IMG/VR virus record: IMGVR_UViG_3300045580_000267
Coordinates: 1-41,162 of that record
Direction: 5' to 3' (one strand)
Length of the DNA: 41,162 nucleotides
DNA from: a virus
Taxonomy: Duplodnaviria; Caudoviricetes
Shown here: positions 15,644 to 22,391 of the stretch, piece by piece
Position numbering within the stretch: position 1 is the stretch's first letter
How the letters are laid out: each line of letters starts with the position of its first letter
The notes under the pieces: generated by a model
The model's database searches: none
Told to the model about the DNA's origin: nothing
The model's input: only the letters and a program-made list of their open reading frames with translations
Made by a program: the position numbers and the translations under genes

Positions 15644-16009
15644 ATGCGCTCCGCCGCCGTGGCGTTCCTGTGCTCTGCCCTACCAGCCCAGAACCTGTCC
15701 GCCGTGGCCACGCTGGACGGCGCGCTTGATCTGGCCCCCCGCTTCGCCTTCGGTGTCGAGCCAGAGCTGAGACTGCCGCTGCCGCCGGGCCCGCTCATCG
15801 CCGTTGAAGTAGGCACACCCTCGTCGTGGTTCTGGTCGTACTTGGTGCCGCCCGCTGGCGTCTTTCGCGACGGCGTCGTCGAGCGCGTCGCGCCCGGGGA
15901 ACCAGCCGAGATGCGGATCCCGCTTCGGTTCATTCCGCCGGGCGTGTTTCGCGTCCGAGTTTTGACGGCGCTCGGCCCATCAGACGTGATCGAGCTGCGG
16001 TCGTATTAG
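15644..16009 (+). CDS. Hypothetical exported protein
   Basis: Signal-like N-terminus ending SALPA-Q; Pro-rich beta region. Confidence 0.55.
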   Translation: MRSAAVAFLCSALPAQNLSAVATLDGALDLAPRFAFGVEPELRLPLPPGPLIAVEVGTPSSWFWSYLVPPAGVFRDGVVERVAPGEPAEMRIPLRFIPPGVFRVRVLTALGPSDVIELRSY

Positions 16010-16119
16010 GTCAGGATCCAGTACGCGCACGTGCAGAACCCGACCCACCAGATGAAGATGAAGGCGGCCGCACCGGCCCACACGGCCAGCCTGCCCCAGT
16101 TGATCGAGTCCTTTTTCAT
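16006..16119 (-). CDS. Small membrane protein (37 aa)
   Basis: MKKDSINWGRLAVWAGAAAFIFIWWVGFCTCAYWILT; ATGA overlap with the upstream gene. Confidence 0.55.
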   Translation of the reverse strand: MKKDSINWGRLAVWAGAAAFIFIWWVGFCTCAYWILT

Positions 16120-16433
16120 TCGTGCATCTCGCTCAGCAAGGTGTTCAGCGTGATCCACGCGGCGCACCATTCGCAGGTCGACCCATCGTGGTCCCACTTG
16201 GGGGGATTCTTGTGGCGGTGCGACGGGCCATTGCCGGGCGGGCGGTTGTCGAAGAACTTCTCCATCTGTAGGCCCAGTCGGTACAGGTTGATCGTGGCGG
16301 CGTGCAGCCGCCTGTATCGCTCAACGTGGACAAGGATGCGGGCCTTCGTTTGCCGCATCCCGCGCTCAGTGAGGTCGTTGTCGAGGTCGAAGAGGGTATC
16401 GAGCAGGCTTACGATTTGTTGATCGGTGTACAT
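16116..16433 (-). CDS. Hypothetical protein
   Basis: Start MYTDQQ at a TGATG overlap with the DnaC-like stop; H/H...CEWC motif. Confidence 0.65.
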   Translation of the reverse strand: MYTDQQIVSLLDTLFDLDNDLTERGMRQTKARILVHVERYRRLHAATINLYRLGLQMEKFFDNRPPGNGPSHRHKNPPKWDHDGSTCEWCAAWITLNTLLSEMHE

Positions 16434-17209
16434 CACTGTCCTCCCTGTCGGCGATGGCTGGACCAGTCGAAGACGATGACGCGGCCGCCGTCCTCTCGTA
16501 GGCGGTCCACGATGCGCTCTCCAAGGACTTCCTGAATCTGGGCGTGCGGTAGGTTGCTCACCAAGATCGTGGCGCGGCGCGCCTCGTAGCGTTCGTTGAG
16601 CACGTCGAACAGCAGGTTCGTCTCGTAGTCGCTGCCGGTCTGGACGCCCACCTCGTCGAGCACGAGCAGGTCCGGGCGCGTGGCCGAGCGGATGGCGTCG
16701 GTCTCGGTCTCGGGCGCTGGCCTCGACCACGTCGCCTTCACGCGCCGCACGAGCCGCTGCACGGTCGTGAAGCAGGTCGACCTGCCCTCCCGCATCAGGG
16801 CCTGTGCAATCCCGACAGCCAAGTGCGTCTTGCCGGTGCCCGGTCGGCCCACGAACATGCAGGACCGCCCGGAGATCATGGCGGAGGCAAACTGCTCGGC
16901 GTAGCTGCGCGCGAACGCCAGCGCCTTCTCTTGGCCCGGCCCATCGGCCCTGTAGGACTCGAGGGTGGCCGTGCGGAACCGCTCTGGGATCCCGGCCGCG
17001 TCGAGCTGGCGGCCCCAGCGCATCTCGCGCTCGCGCTGCTCACGCTCAGCCTCCTCGCGTCGGTACTCGGCCTCTTCGGCTGCGCCGCAGGTGGGGCACT
17101 TGGTCCAGATCCCGGGCCGCATCTCCAGAGATTCGAAGCGGCCGTGCGCGGCGCACTCGGACTGCTTGCGGGATGGGTTCAAGCTCAGGGCAAAGGGAGA
17201 CGGGCGCAT
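16433..17209 (-). CDS. DnaC/IstB-like AAA+ helicase loader
   Basis: N-terminal C..HG...CPTC zinc motif, AGIPERF, Walker A GRPGTGKT, Walker B LLVLDEVG, TILVSN, DRLRE. Start at a TGATG overlap. Confidence 0.92.
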   Translation of the reverse strand: MRPSPFALSLNPSRKQSECAAHGRFESLEMRPGIWTKCPTCGAAEEAEYRREEAEREQREREMRWGRQLDAAGIPERFRTATLESYRADGPGQEKALAFARSYAEQFASAMISGRSCMFVGRPGTGKTHLAVGIAQALMREGRSTCFTTVQRLVRRVKATWSRPAPETETDAIRSATRPDLLVLDEVGVQTGSDYETNLLFDVLNERYEARRATILVSNLPHAQIQEVLGERIVDRLREDGGRVIVFDWSSHRRQGGQ

Positions 17210-18039
17210 CAGAAGACTCCATCGGGCGACAGCCCGGTCGTGTAATCGATCTCGGTAAAGGTCTTGGTCTGCTTCTCGACCCAGTCGGACCTGAAGCCAC
17301 GCCACCCACGCAGCACGCACTCGCTCAGCACGGCCTCGAGGGCCCAGCCTGCCTTCGCTGCCTCGGCGCGCATCAGGCGCATGGCCAGCGCCGTGACGGG
17401 CGCATGCTTCAGGCTCCGCATCGTGAGGAACCCAACCCAGACCTCCTCGGTCACGTCGTCGGGTCGGTCGGCTGCGGTGAGGGCCGACTTTTGATTGGAC
17501 TTGGCCCCACTTCCATCAAAAAGGGTGTCTTTCTTCTTATTCTTATTCTTATTGGTAGTAGAAGTACTCTTATATATACGTTCGTCGCTGCCCGTCCCGG
17601 CCGACGAAGTGCTGCGCGCATCTTCTTGATTCGCAACGGCTTGGGTCGCCCCTCCAACGTCCGCTGGAGCGTTCGTTCCAACGTGTGCTGGAGCATCCGC
17701 TGAAGCGTTTGCTCGAGCCTTCGTTGCACGCTTTTCTGCGGACATTTTCCCGGCCCGCTGAGCCTTCTCAGTCTTCGATTTCCGGTGAGCAATGGCGGCG
17801 TCGGCTTCGGCATTCACCCACCCATCCGGCGTGTGGGTGAAGTACTTGAGGAGCGCCCACTGGACGTCCACGGCGTGCTCGTCAAGCCACACCATGCGGG
17901 CGCACGCCGTGACGCTGGTCGGGAGCGGCTTCTCGCTCAGGTAGTACAGGTCCAGCAGCCGCCTGTGCGCCAAGTCACGCATCGGCGTGAGCTGGCCAAG
18001 ACGGGCGGCGCTGCCCACCAGATCCCACTCGTAGGACAT
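17209..18039 (-). CDS. Replication initiator protein (DUF1376/YdaU-like, lambda O analogue)
   Basis: N-terminal DLAHRRLLDLYYLSEKPLP, central low-complexity linker carrying iterons, C-terminal CVLRGWRGFRSDW; lies directly upstream of the DnaC-like gene. Confidence 0.85.
   Translation of the reverse strand: MSYEWDLVGSAARLGQLTPMRDLAHRRLLDLYYLSEKPLPTSVTACARMVWLDEHAVDVQWALLKYFTHTPDGWVNAEADAAIAHRKSKTEKAQRAGKMSAEKRATKARANASADAPAHVGTNAPADVGGATQAVANQEDARSTSSAGTGSDERIYKSTSTTNKNKNKKKDTLFDGSGAKSNQKSALTAADRPDDVTEEVWVGFLTMRSLKHAPVTALAMRLMRAEAAKAGWALEAVLSECVLRGWRGFRSDWVEKQTKTFTEIDYTTGLSPDGVF
17521..17725. repeat. Putative replication origin: six 12-bp iterons plus AT-rich tract
   Basis: 17654-17725: ccaacgtccgct / ggagcgttcgtt / ccaacgtgtgct / ggagcatccgct / gaagcgtttgct / cgagccttcgtt. 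Nearby AT-rich tract with (TTCTTA)x3 and TATATATA at about 17530-17580, inside the initiator gene as in lambdoid origins. Confidence 0.75.
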
Positions 18040-18230
18040 CACTGACGCACCTTGTCCTGCTTGGTCCTGTAGCCCTTGTCCCACAGGTGCTGGCATTTGA
18101 CGCAGGCGCGGGTCGACACGTAGCGCAGCGTCCCGTGGCCGCTCCGGCAGGGCTTGCCGTGGTAGTGCTTTTCGCGGCGCAGCACGGCCGCAAGGCATGC
18201 GAGAACCTCCTCGACGGTGCGGGGTTTCAT
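18039..18230 (-). CDS. Small zinc-finger protein
   Basis: YHGKPCRSGHGTLRYVSTRACVKC; ATGA overlap at the start. Confidence 0.75.
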   Translation of the reverse strand: MKPRTVEEVLACLAAVLRREKHYHGKPCRSGHGTLRYVSTRACVKCQHLWDKGYRTKQDKVRQ

Positions 18231-18430
18231 TGGTTCTCCCTCGCCTTCTTGATGATCTCGCGAAGCAGGATGCGCTTCGCGTAGGCGCGCTTCTTGGCGA
18301 GTTCGTTGTGGCAGCGGCAGCAGTTTGCGTTCTGCACGTACCGCTGGGTGGTGCCGCATCGGCGACAGGCGCTCCCTTCGTATCGGGAGTTCCCGGCCCT
18401 TGCGGCCAAGAGTCTGGGCGTTTCGTTCAT
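18227..18430 (-). CDS. Small zinc-finger protein, paralog of the downstream gene
   Basis: YEGSACRRCGTTQRYVQNANCCRC. Confidence 0.75.
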   Translation of the reverse strand: MNETPRLLAARAGNSRYEGSACRRCGTTQRYVQNANCCRCHNELAKKRAYAKRILLREIIKKARENQ

Positions 18431-18471
18431 GCGCTTCCCAGTAGAGGTCCTGACCAAAGCAGTCAACAAAA

Positions 18472-18503
18472 AACAAAAAAAGCCCGCGCCAAGGCGGCGA
18501 GCT
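18472..18503 (-). terminator. Rho-independent terminator after the SSB-like gene
   Basis: Minus strand AGCTCGCCGCC-TT-GGCGCGGGCT followed by a long T run. Confidence 0.7.
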
Positions 18504-18573
18504 GGTCAGGCAGGGAGGGGGTCCGCGCTGTTGTCCGCGAACACTTGCCTCGGCGCGGGTGCCGCACACGCGG

Positions 18574-18873
18574 CTAGAATGGGATGTCGTCGGCAGACTG
18601 GGGCCCGGTGGCGGAGCCCTTCACGCGCGGGTGATCGAGGGCCGAGGGCGCGCCGCTTGGCTTGGGCTCGAACAGGGCCAGCACGATTGTGTCGTCGTTG
18701 GGATCCGATACCGGGAGCCCGGCCGGGGAGAACCAGCGCGCCAGACGGATGAACTTCTTCCCGGCGTCGCTCTCCCAGACCGCGCCAACCTGTTGCCAGC
18801 GGGCTTTCTTCGTTCCAGTCTTGTCGGTGTACTCGCCAGCCTTGGCGGTCACGTCGTACAGCTTCTTGGCCAT
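18574..18873 (-). CDS. Putative small single-stranded DNA-binding protein
   Basis: 99 aa, beta-rich aromatic core, flexible linker and SSB-type C-terminus DDIPF. Confidence 0.7.
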   Translation of the reverse strand: MAKKLYDVTAKAGEYTDKTGTKKARWQQVGAVWESDAGKKFIRLARWFSPAGLPVSDPNDDTIVLALFEPKPSGAPSALDHPRVKGSATGPQSADDIPF

Positions 18874-19226
18874 CAGCCTTCTCCGTGGATGCTCACGCGC
18901 ACGTAGCCACCAGTCTCGTCCTCCGAGACGCGCGACACGAGTGTCGTGAAGGTCTTGTCGTTGATCTTGAGGGCATCGCACATGCCGTCGATGCCGCTCT
19001 TGAGTCTCGCCACGAGGTTGTCCCGGTCGTAGCTGCGCCGCGTCGGCCGCACGAACTCAAGATCGATGGTCAGCTTGCCGGGCGGTATCTTGAGCACGCC
19101 CTGAGCGCGCACGGCCAAGCGGCAGAGGTCTCGGTAGTGCGCCTTGGCCTTGGCCTTGGCGGCCCAGTGGGATCGGGCGTTTGGCGACAGGGCGGGGCTC
19201 GGCCAAGGCAGCGTGTACCGGATCAC
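18873..19226 (-). CDS. rusA: RusA-like Holliday junction resolvase
   Basis: LPWPSPALSPNAR..HW, RRSYDRDNL...KSGIDG...D motifs. GTG start at 19226. Confidence 0.85.
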   Translation of the reverse strand: MIRYTLPWPSPALSPNARSHWAAKAKAKAHYRDLCRLAVRAQGVLKIPPGKLTIDLEFVRPTRRSYDRDNLVARLKSGIDGMCDALKINDKTFTTLVSRVSEDETGGYVRVSIHGEG

Positions 19227-19305
19227 GTCGGCACAGCATGCAGAGGATGACCCTCGAGCGCAAGTCTTTTGCCAACAACAACATGCGACCGCAGAAAAAA
19301 ACAGG

Positions 19306-19342
19306 GGACAACTCTTGTCCACAGCCAAATGGGACCTATGAT
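19306..19342 (+). promoter_or_regulatory. Putative sigma70 promoter of the recombination operon with an overlapping palindrome
   Basis: TTGTCC-16 bp-TATGAT; GGACAA-CTC-TTGTCC inverted repeat covers the -35. Confidence 0.55.
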
Positions 19343-19386
19343 GTTGGCGTGGTCGTGGTGACCACTCAACAACAGAAAGAAACGAC

Positions 19387-19602
19387 ATGTCCGTTTTCGA
19401 ACTCACAGTCCACGGCGTGCGCAAGTTGCGCATCGTCAACCCAACAAAGCTCACGCGCGTCGCGGCCAGCGACCTGATCATCGACACCGATCAAGGCGAG
19501 ATCCGCGTCTGCCTGTTTTCGTCCGCCGCCGCCGACGACCTTGGCATGGAGCAGGTCTCGTCGGTCGCCTTCGCCGCGAAGCAGGCAGAGGTGACGAAGT
19601 GA
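19387..19602 (+). CDS. Hypothetical protein
   Basis: 71-aa ORF, first gene of the recombination operon, GTGA overlap with the next gene. Confidence 0.65.
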   Translation: MSVFELTVHGVRKLRIVNPTKLTRVAASDLIIDTDQGEIRVCLFSSAAADDLGMEQVSSVAFAAKQAEVTK

Positions 19603-20549
19603 ATCGCCAAAGCATCAGCATCGAGAGCGAGCAGCAGTGGCTGCAACTCCGGCACGCCGACATCACCTCCACCGAGGTGGCGGCGCTGTTCAACCTGTCT
19701 CCGTACATCACGCCCTACGAGCTGTTCGTTCGCAAGTGCAGCAACGAGGTCATCAAGATTCAGCCCAACGAGCGCATGCGCTGGGGCAACAGACTTGAGG
19801 CCGCCATTGCCAACGGCGTGGCGGAAGACATGAAGTGGGCAATCCGCAAGTCCAGCGACTACATCCGCTTGCCGGATCAGCGCATCGGTTCATCGTTCGA
19901 CTACTGGATCGACAAGTCGAATCACGATGGGCCCGGCATTCTTGAGGTCAAGAACGTCGACAGCTCCGCTTACTCGAATCACTGGATTGAATCAGGCGAC
20001 CACGTCGAAGCACCTGAACACATCGAACTGCAGGTCCAGCATCAACTTCTTGTGAGCGGGCTCGAGTGGGCCGCCATCGTCGCGCTCGTCGGCGGCAACA
20101 CGACGAAGATTATCGTGCGCCCGCGCGACCCAAGAATATCGCAGGCCATTCTCGACAAGGTCGGCAACTTCTGGGACATGGTCAAGAAGGGCCAAGCCCC
20201 CGACATCGACTACCATCGAGACAGTGAGTTCATCATCAAGGAGCTGCGCAACCGCGCCAACGCAGGCGAGGTAGTCAACGCAGACCAAGACCTTGAGCAG
20301 CTCATCCTGAAGTACCGTGGGGCAAGTGCAGCGTGCGCAGCGGCAGAGCAATCGCGCGACGCGCTGAAGGCGGAGATCCTGATGCGAATCGGGACCGCGT
20401 CCAAGGTCATCAGCACATACGGCACGCTCTCATGCGGCGTCACAGATCCATCGCCGGGCAAGATGGTCACGGCCGACATGGTCGGTTTGCACATCGGTGC
20501 TCGCGCAGGCTTTCGTCAGTTCCGTTTCAACACCAAGAAAGTGAAGTAA
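19599..20549 (+). CDS. YqaJ-like viral recombinase exonuclease
   Basis: WLQLR..ITSTEVAALF..SPY, WGNRLE, SSFDY, ILEVKN, LQVQHQL motifs; adjacent to RecT. Confidence 0.9.
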   Translation: MNRQSISIESEQQWLQLRHADITSTEVAALFNLSPYITPYELFVRKCSNEVIKIQPNERMRWGNRLEAAIANGVAEDMKWAIRKSSDYIRLPDQRIGSSFDYWIDKSNHDGPGILEVKNVDSSAYSNHWIESGDHVEAPEHIELQVQHQLLVSGLEWAAIVALVGGNTTKIIVRPRDPRISQAILDKVGNFWDMVKKGQAPDIDYHRDSEFIIKELRNRANAGEVVNADQDLEQLILKYRGASAACAAAEQSRDALKAEILMRIGTASKVISTYGTLSCGVTDPSPGKMVTADMVGLHIGARAGFRQFRFNTKKVK

Positions 20550-20551
20550 CC

Positions 20552-21400
20552 ATGTCAGACACGCAAGCAGTTTCGGTTCCAGTTCAGGTCCGCGAGATGA
20601 CTCCCATCGAGGTAGTTCGTTCGGCCCTCACGAAGATGACGCCCGAGTTCGCGGCCGCACTCCCGCCGCAGATCCCGGCCGAGCGGTTCGTGCGCACACT
20701 CCTCACCACGATCCAGATGCAGCCCGCACTGTTGTCGGCGGACAGGCGTAGCCTGTTCGCTGCGGCAATGCGCGCCGCGCAGGATGGCCTGTTGCTTGAC
20801 GGGCGTGAAGCCGCCGCCGTGATGTTTGGCAAGGGCAACGGCGCGACCGTGGCATACATGCCGATGATCGCTGGCGTGCTCAAGAAGATGCGCAACAGCG
20901 GCGAGCTGTCGAGCATCTCCGCGCACGTCGTGTACGCGAGCGACCACTTTGAGTACGAGCTCGGCGACAACGAACGCATCGCACACACGCCGCACCTTGG
21001 CCCCAACCGTGGCGAGCCCATCGCGGCCTACGCCATCGCGCGGACCAAGGACGGATCGGTGTGGCGCGAGGTGATGTCCGTCGACGAGATCGAGAAGGTG
21101 CGCTCGGTCAGCCGCGCCGCCAACAACGGACCGTGGGTTACGTTCTGGTCCGAGATGGCCCGCAAGACCGTGACGCGCAGGCTCGCGAAGCGCCTGCCGT
21201 CGAGCGCCGACGCGGAGCAAATCTTCGACGCAGACAACGAGCTCACCGACTTCGCCAAGGCCCCGCAGCGCGAGCAGCGCGCCGAGCCGATGAGCCGACT
21301 GAAGGCCCAGATCCTTGAGACCGAAGTCGCGCCGTCACCGGCCACCGAAGCTGAGCCTGAGGCAGCTCCGGCAGAGCAGCAGGAGACCAACAATGTCTGA
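20552..21400 (+). CDS. recT: RecT family ssDNA-annealing protein
   Basis: AAQDGLLLDG, IAAYAIA, GPWVTFWSEMARKTVTRRLAKRLPSS motifs. Confidence 0.93.
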   Translation: MSDTQAVSVPVQVREMTPIEVVRSALTKMTPEFAAALPPQIPAERFVRTLLTTIQMQPALLSADRRSLFAAAMRAAQDGLLLDGREAAAVMFGKGNGATVAYMPMIAGVLKKMRNSGELSSISAHVVYASDHFEYELGDNERIAHTPHLGPNRGEPIAAYAIARTKDGSVWREVMSVDEIEKVRSVSRAANNGPWVTFWSEMARKTVTRRLAKRLPSSADAEQIFDADNELTDFAKAPQREQRAEPMSRLKAQILETEVAPSPATEAEPEAAPAEQQETNNV

Positions 21401-21602
21401 CGACTCTTGGTTCCTCACGCCGCGCCAGCTACGCGAACGCTGGCAGGTCACCGACAACACGCTGCGCAAGTGGCGCATGAACGGCAAGGGCCCCGTGTTC
21501 ATCCGCTTGGGTGAAGGACCGTGCGCTCCAATCCGCTACCCCATCGCGGAGGTCGAACGCTACGAGGAGCTCAAGCTCAGCACCAAGTCGGGCTCTGCAT
21601 AA
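21393..21602 (+). CDS. Excisionase/AlpA-like HTH protein
   Basis: FLTPRQLRERWQVTDNTLRKWRMNGKGPVFIRLG...IRY, an HTH_17-type pattern; AGGAG RBS. Confidence 0.85.
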   Translation: MSDDSWFLTPRQLRERWQVTDNTLRKWRMNGKGPVFIRLGEGPCAPIRYPIAEVERYEELKLSTKSGSA

Positions 21603-21637
21603 AAAACGGGGCCCCGACGTGGTGCATCGGGACCCCG
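21601..21637 (-). terminator. Rho-independent terminator at the convergence of the two operons
   Basis: Hairpin CGGGGCCCCGA...TCGGGACCCCG with an A6 run on the plus strand (U-tract for the minus-strand transcript). Confidence 0.7.
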
Positions 21638-21706
21638 GCATGAACTAAGCCACAAAACGTCGTCCGTTCAATCTCTCTCTGCTCTCTTCCTAAGAAGAGC
21701 ACCGCG

Positions 21707-22051
21707 TCAGCTTACTTTCTTCGGCTCCTCGGTCAAGATTGGCGCAGTCTTTTTGCCGATGATCGCTTTCAGAATGGGAGCGAGGACGGGCTTGAGCAGC
21801 GTCAGGATCCTCGCAACCGGGCCAAGGCCAAGCGCAGCGAGGGCGTAGATCACGATCTCGACGACGTCGATGCCATGAACGGTGGCGGGAGGCTCAGCGC
21901 CCGCTCCGGCCTGCCCGGCGGCTTGCTGGGCCTGCTCGATGGCAGTGGCAATGCTGTCCGGGGACGTCCAGCAGGACGCACACAAAGCCGCAACACAAAC
22001 GGCGGCCACGGCGCGGTATGCGCCGCCCTTCTTACCCTTCTTCTTTGCCAT
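21707..22051 (-). CDS. Putative lipoprotein with C-terminal hydrophobic segment (possible lysis protein)
   Basis: Basic N-terminus, hydrophobic stretch ending ALCAS-C, and C-terminal hydrophobic/amphipathic helix. Confidence 0.6.
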   Translation of the reverse strand: MAKKKGKKGGAYRAVAAVCVAALCASCWTSPDSIATAIEQAQQAAGQAGAGAEPPATVHGIDVVEIVIYALAALGLGPVARILTLLKPVLAPILKAIIGKKTAPILTEEPKKVS

Positions 22052-22052
22052 G

Positions 22053-22352
22053 TTACTTTCCTTGGTCAAGCCTCGTCTCAACGCGGGTCAGGCGCTGCAG
22101 GAAGTCTGCCCGCATACCTTCTACACTCTGGCGCAGGGCCCGGATCTCTTCCAGCACCGCGCCAACGCCGCGTCGGTCGGCTTCCATCTGGGTCGACAGC
22201 ATCGCGATCTTGGAGGCCATGTCCCCGACCTCTCGGTGAACACTGAAGGCCCAGCTAATCCCGGGAATCAACAGAGCGGTACAGGCGAGACTTGTTACCT
22301 TGAGGAACAAGTCCCACCTGTGGTGGTCTCCGGTTGTGATTCGCTCAGCCAT
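22053..22352 (-). CDS. Membrane-anchored coiled-coil protein (holin- or spanin-like candidate)
   Basis: One TM segment (LFLKVTSLACTALLIPGISWAFSV) followed by a coiled coil ending RLTRVETRLD. Start at 22352. Confidence 0.65.
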   Translation of the reverse strand: MAERITTGDHHRWDLFLKVTSLACTALLIPGISWAFSVHREVGDMASKIAMLSTQMEADRRGVGAVLEEIRALRQSVEGMRADFLQRLTRVETRLDQGK

Positions 22353-22360
22353 TGTGCTGA

Positions 22361-22391
22361 TACATAAACTCACCGGATTCCATACGGGCAC
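22361..22391 (-). promoter_or_regulatory. Putative phage late promoter, copy 3 (GTGCCCGTA-N16-TATGTA)
   Basis: Exact 9-mer overlapping the stop of the 3441-aa gene, with the same 16-nt spacer. Confidence 0.6.

Noticed and set aside
21393-21602. Excisionase-like gene as proof of an integrated prophage
   Set aside because: No integrase, repressor, att site or host gene seen in the window; lifestyle cannot be decided.
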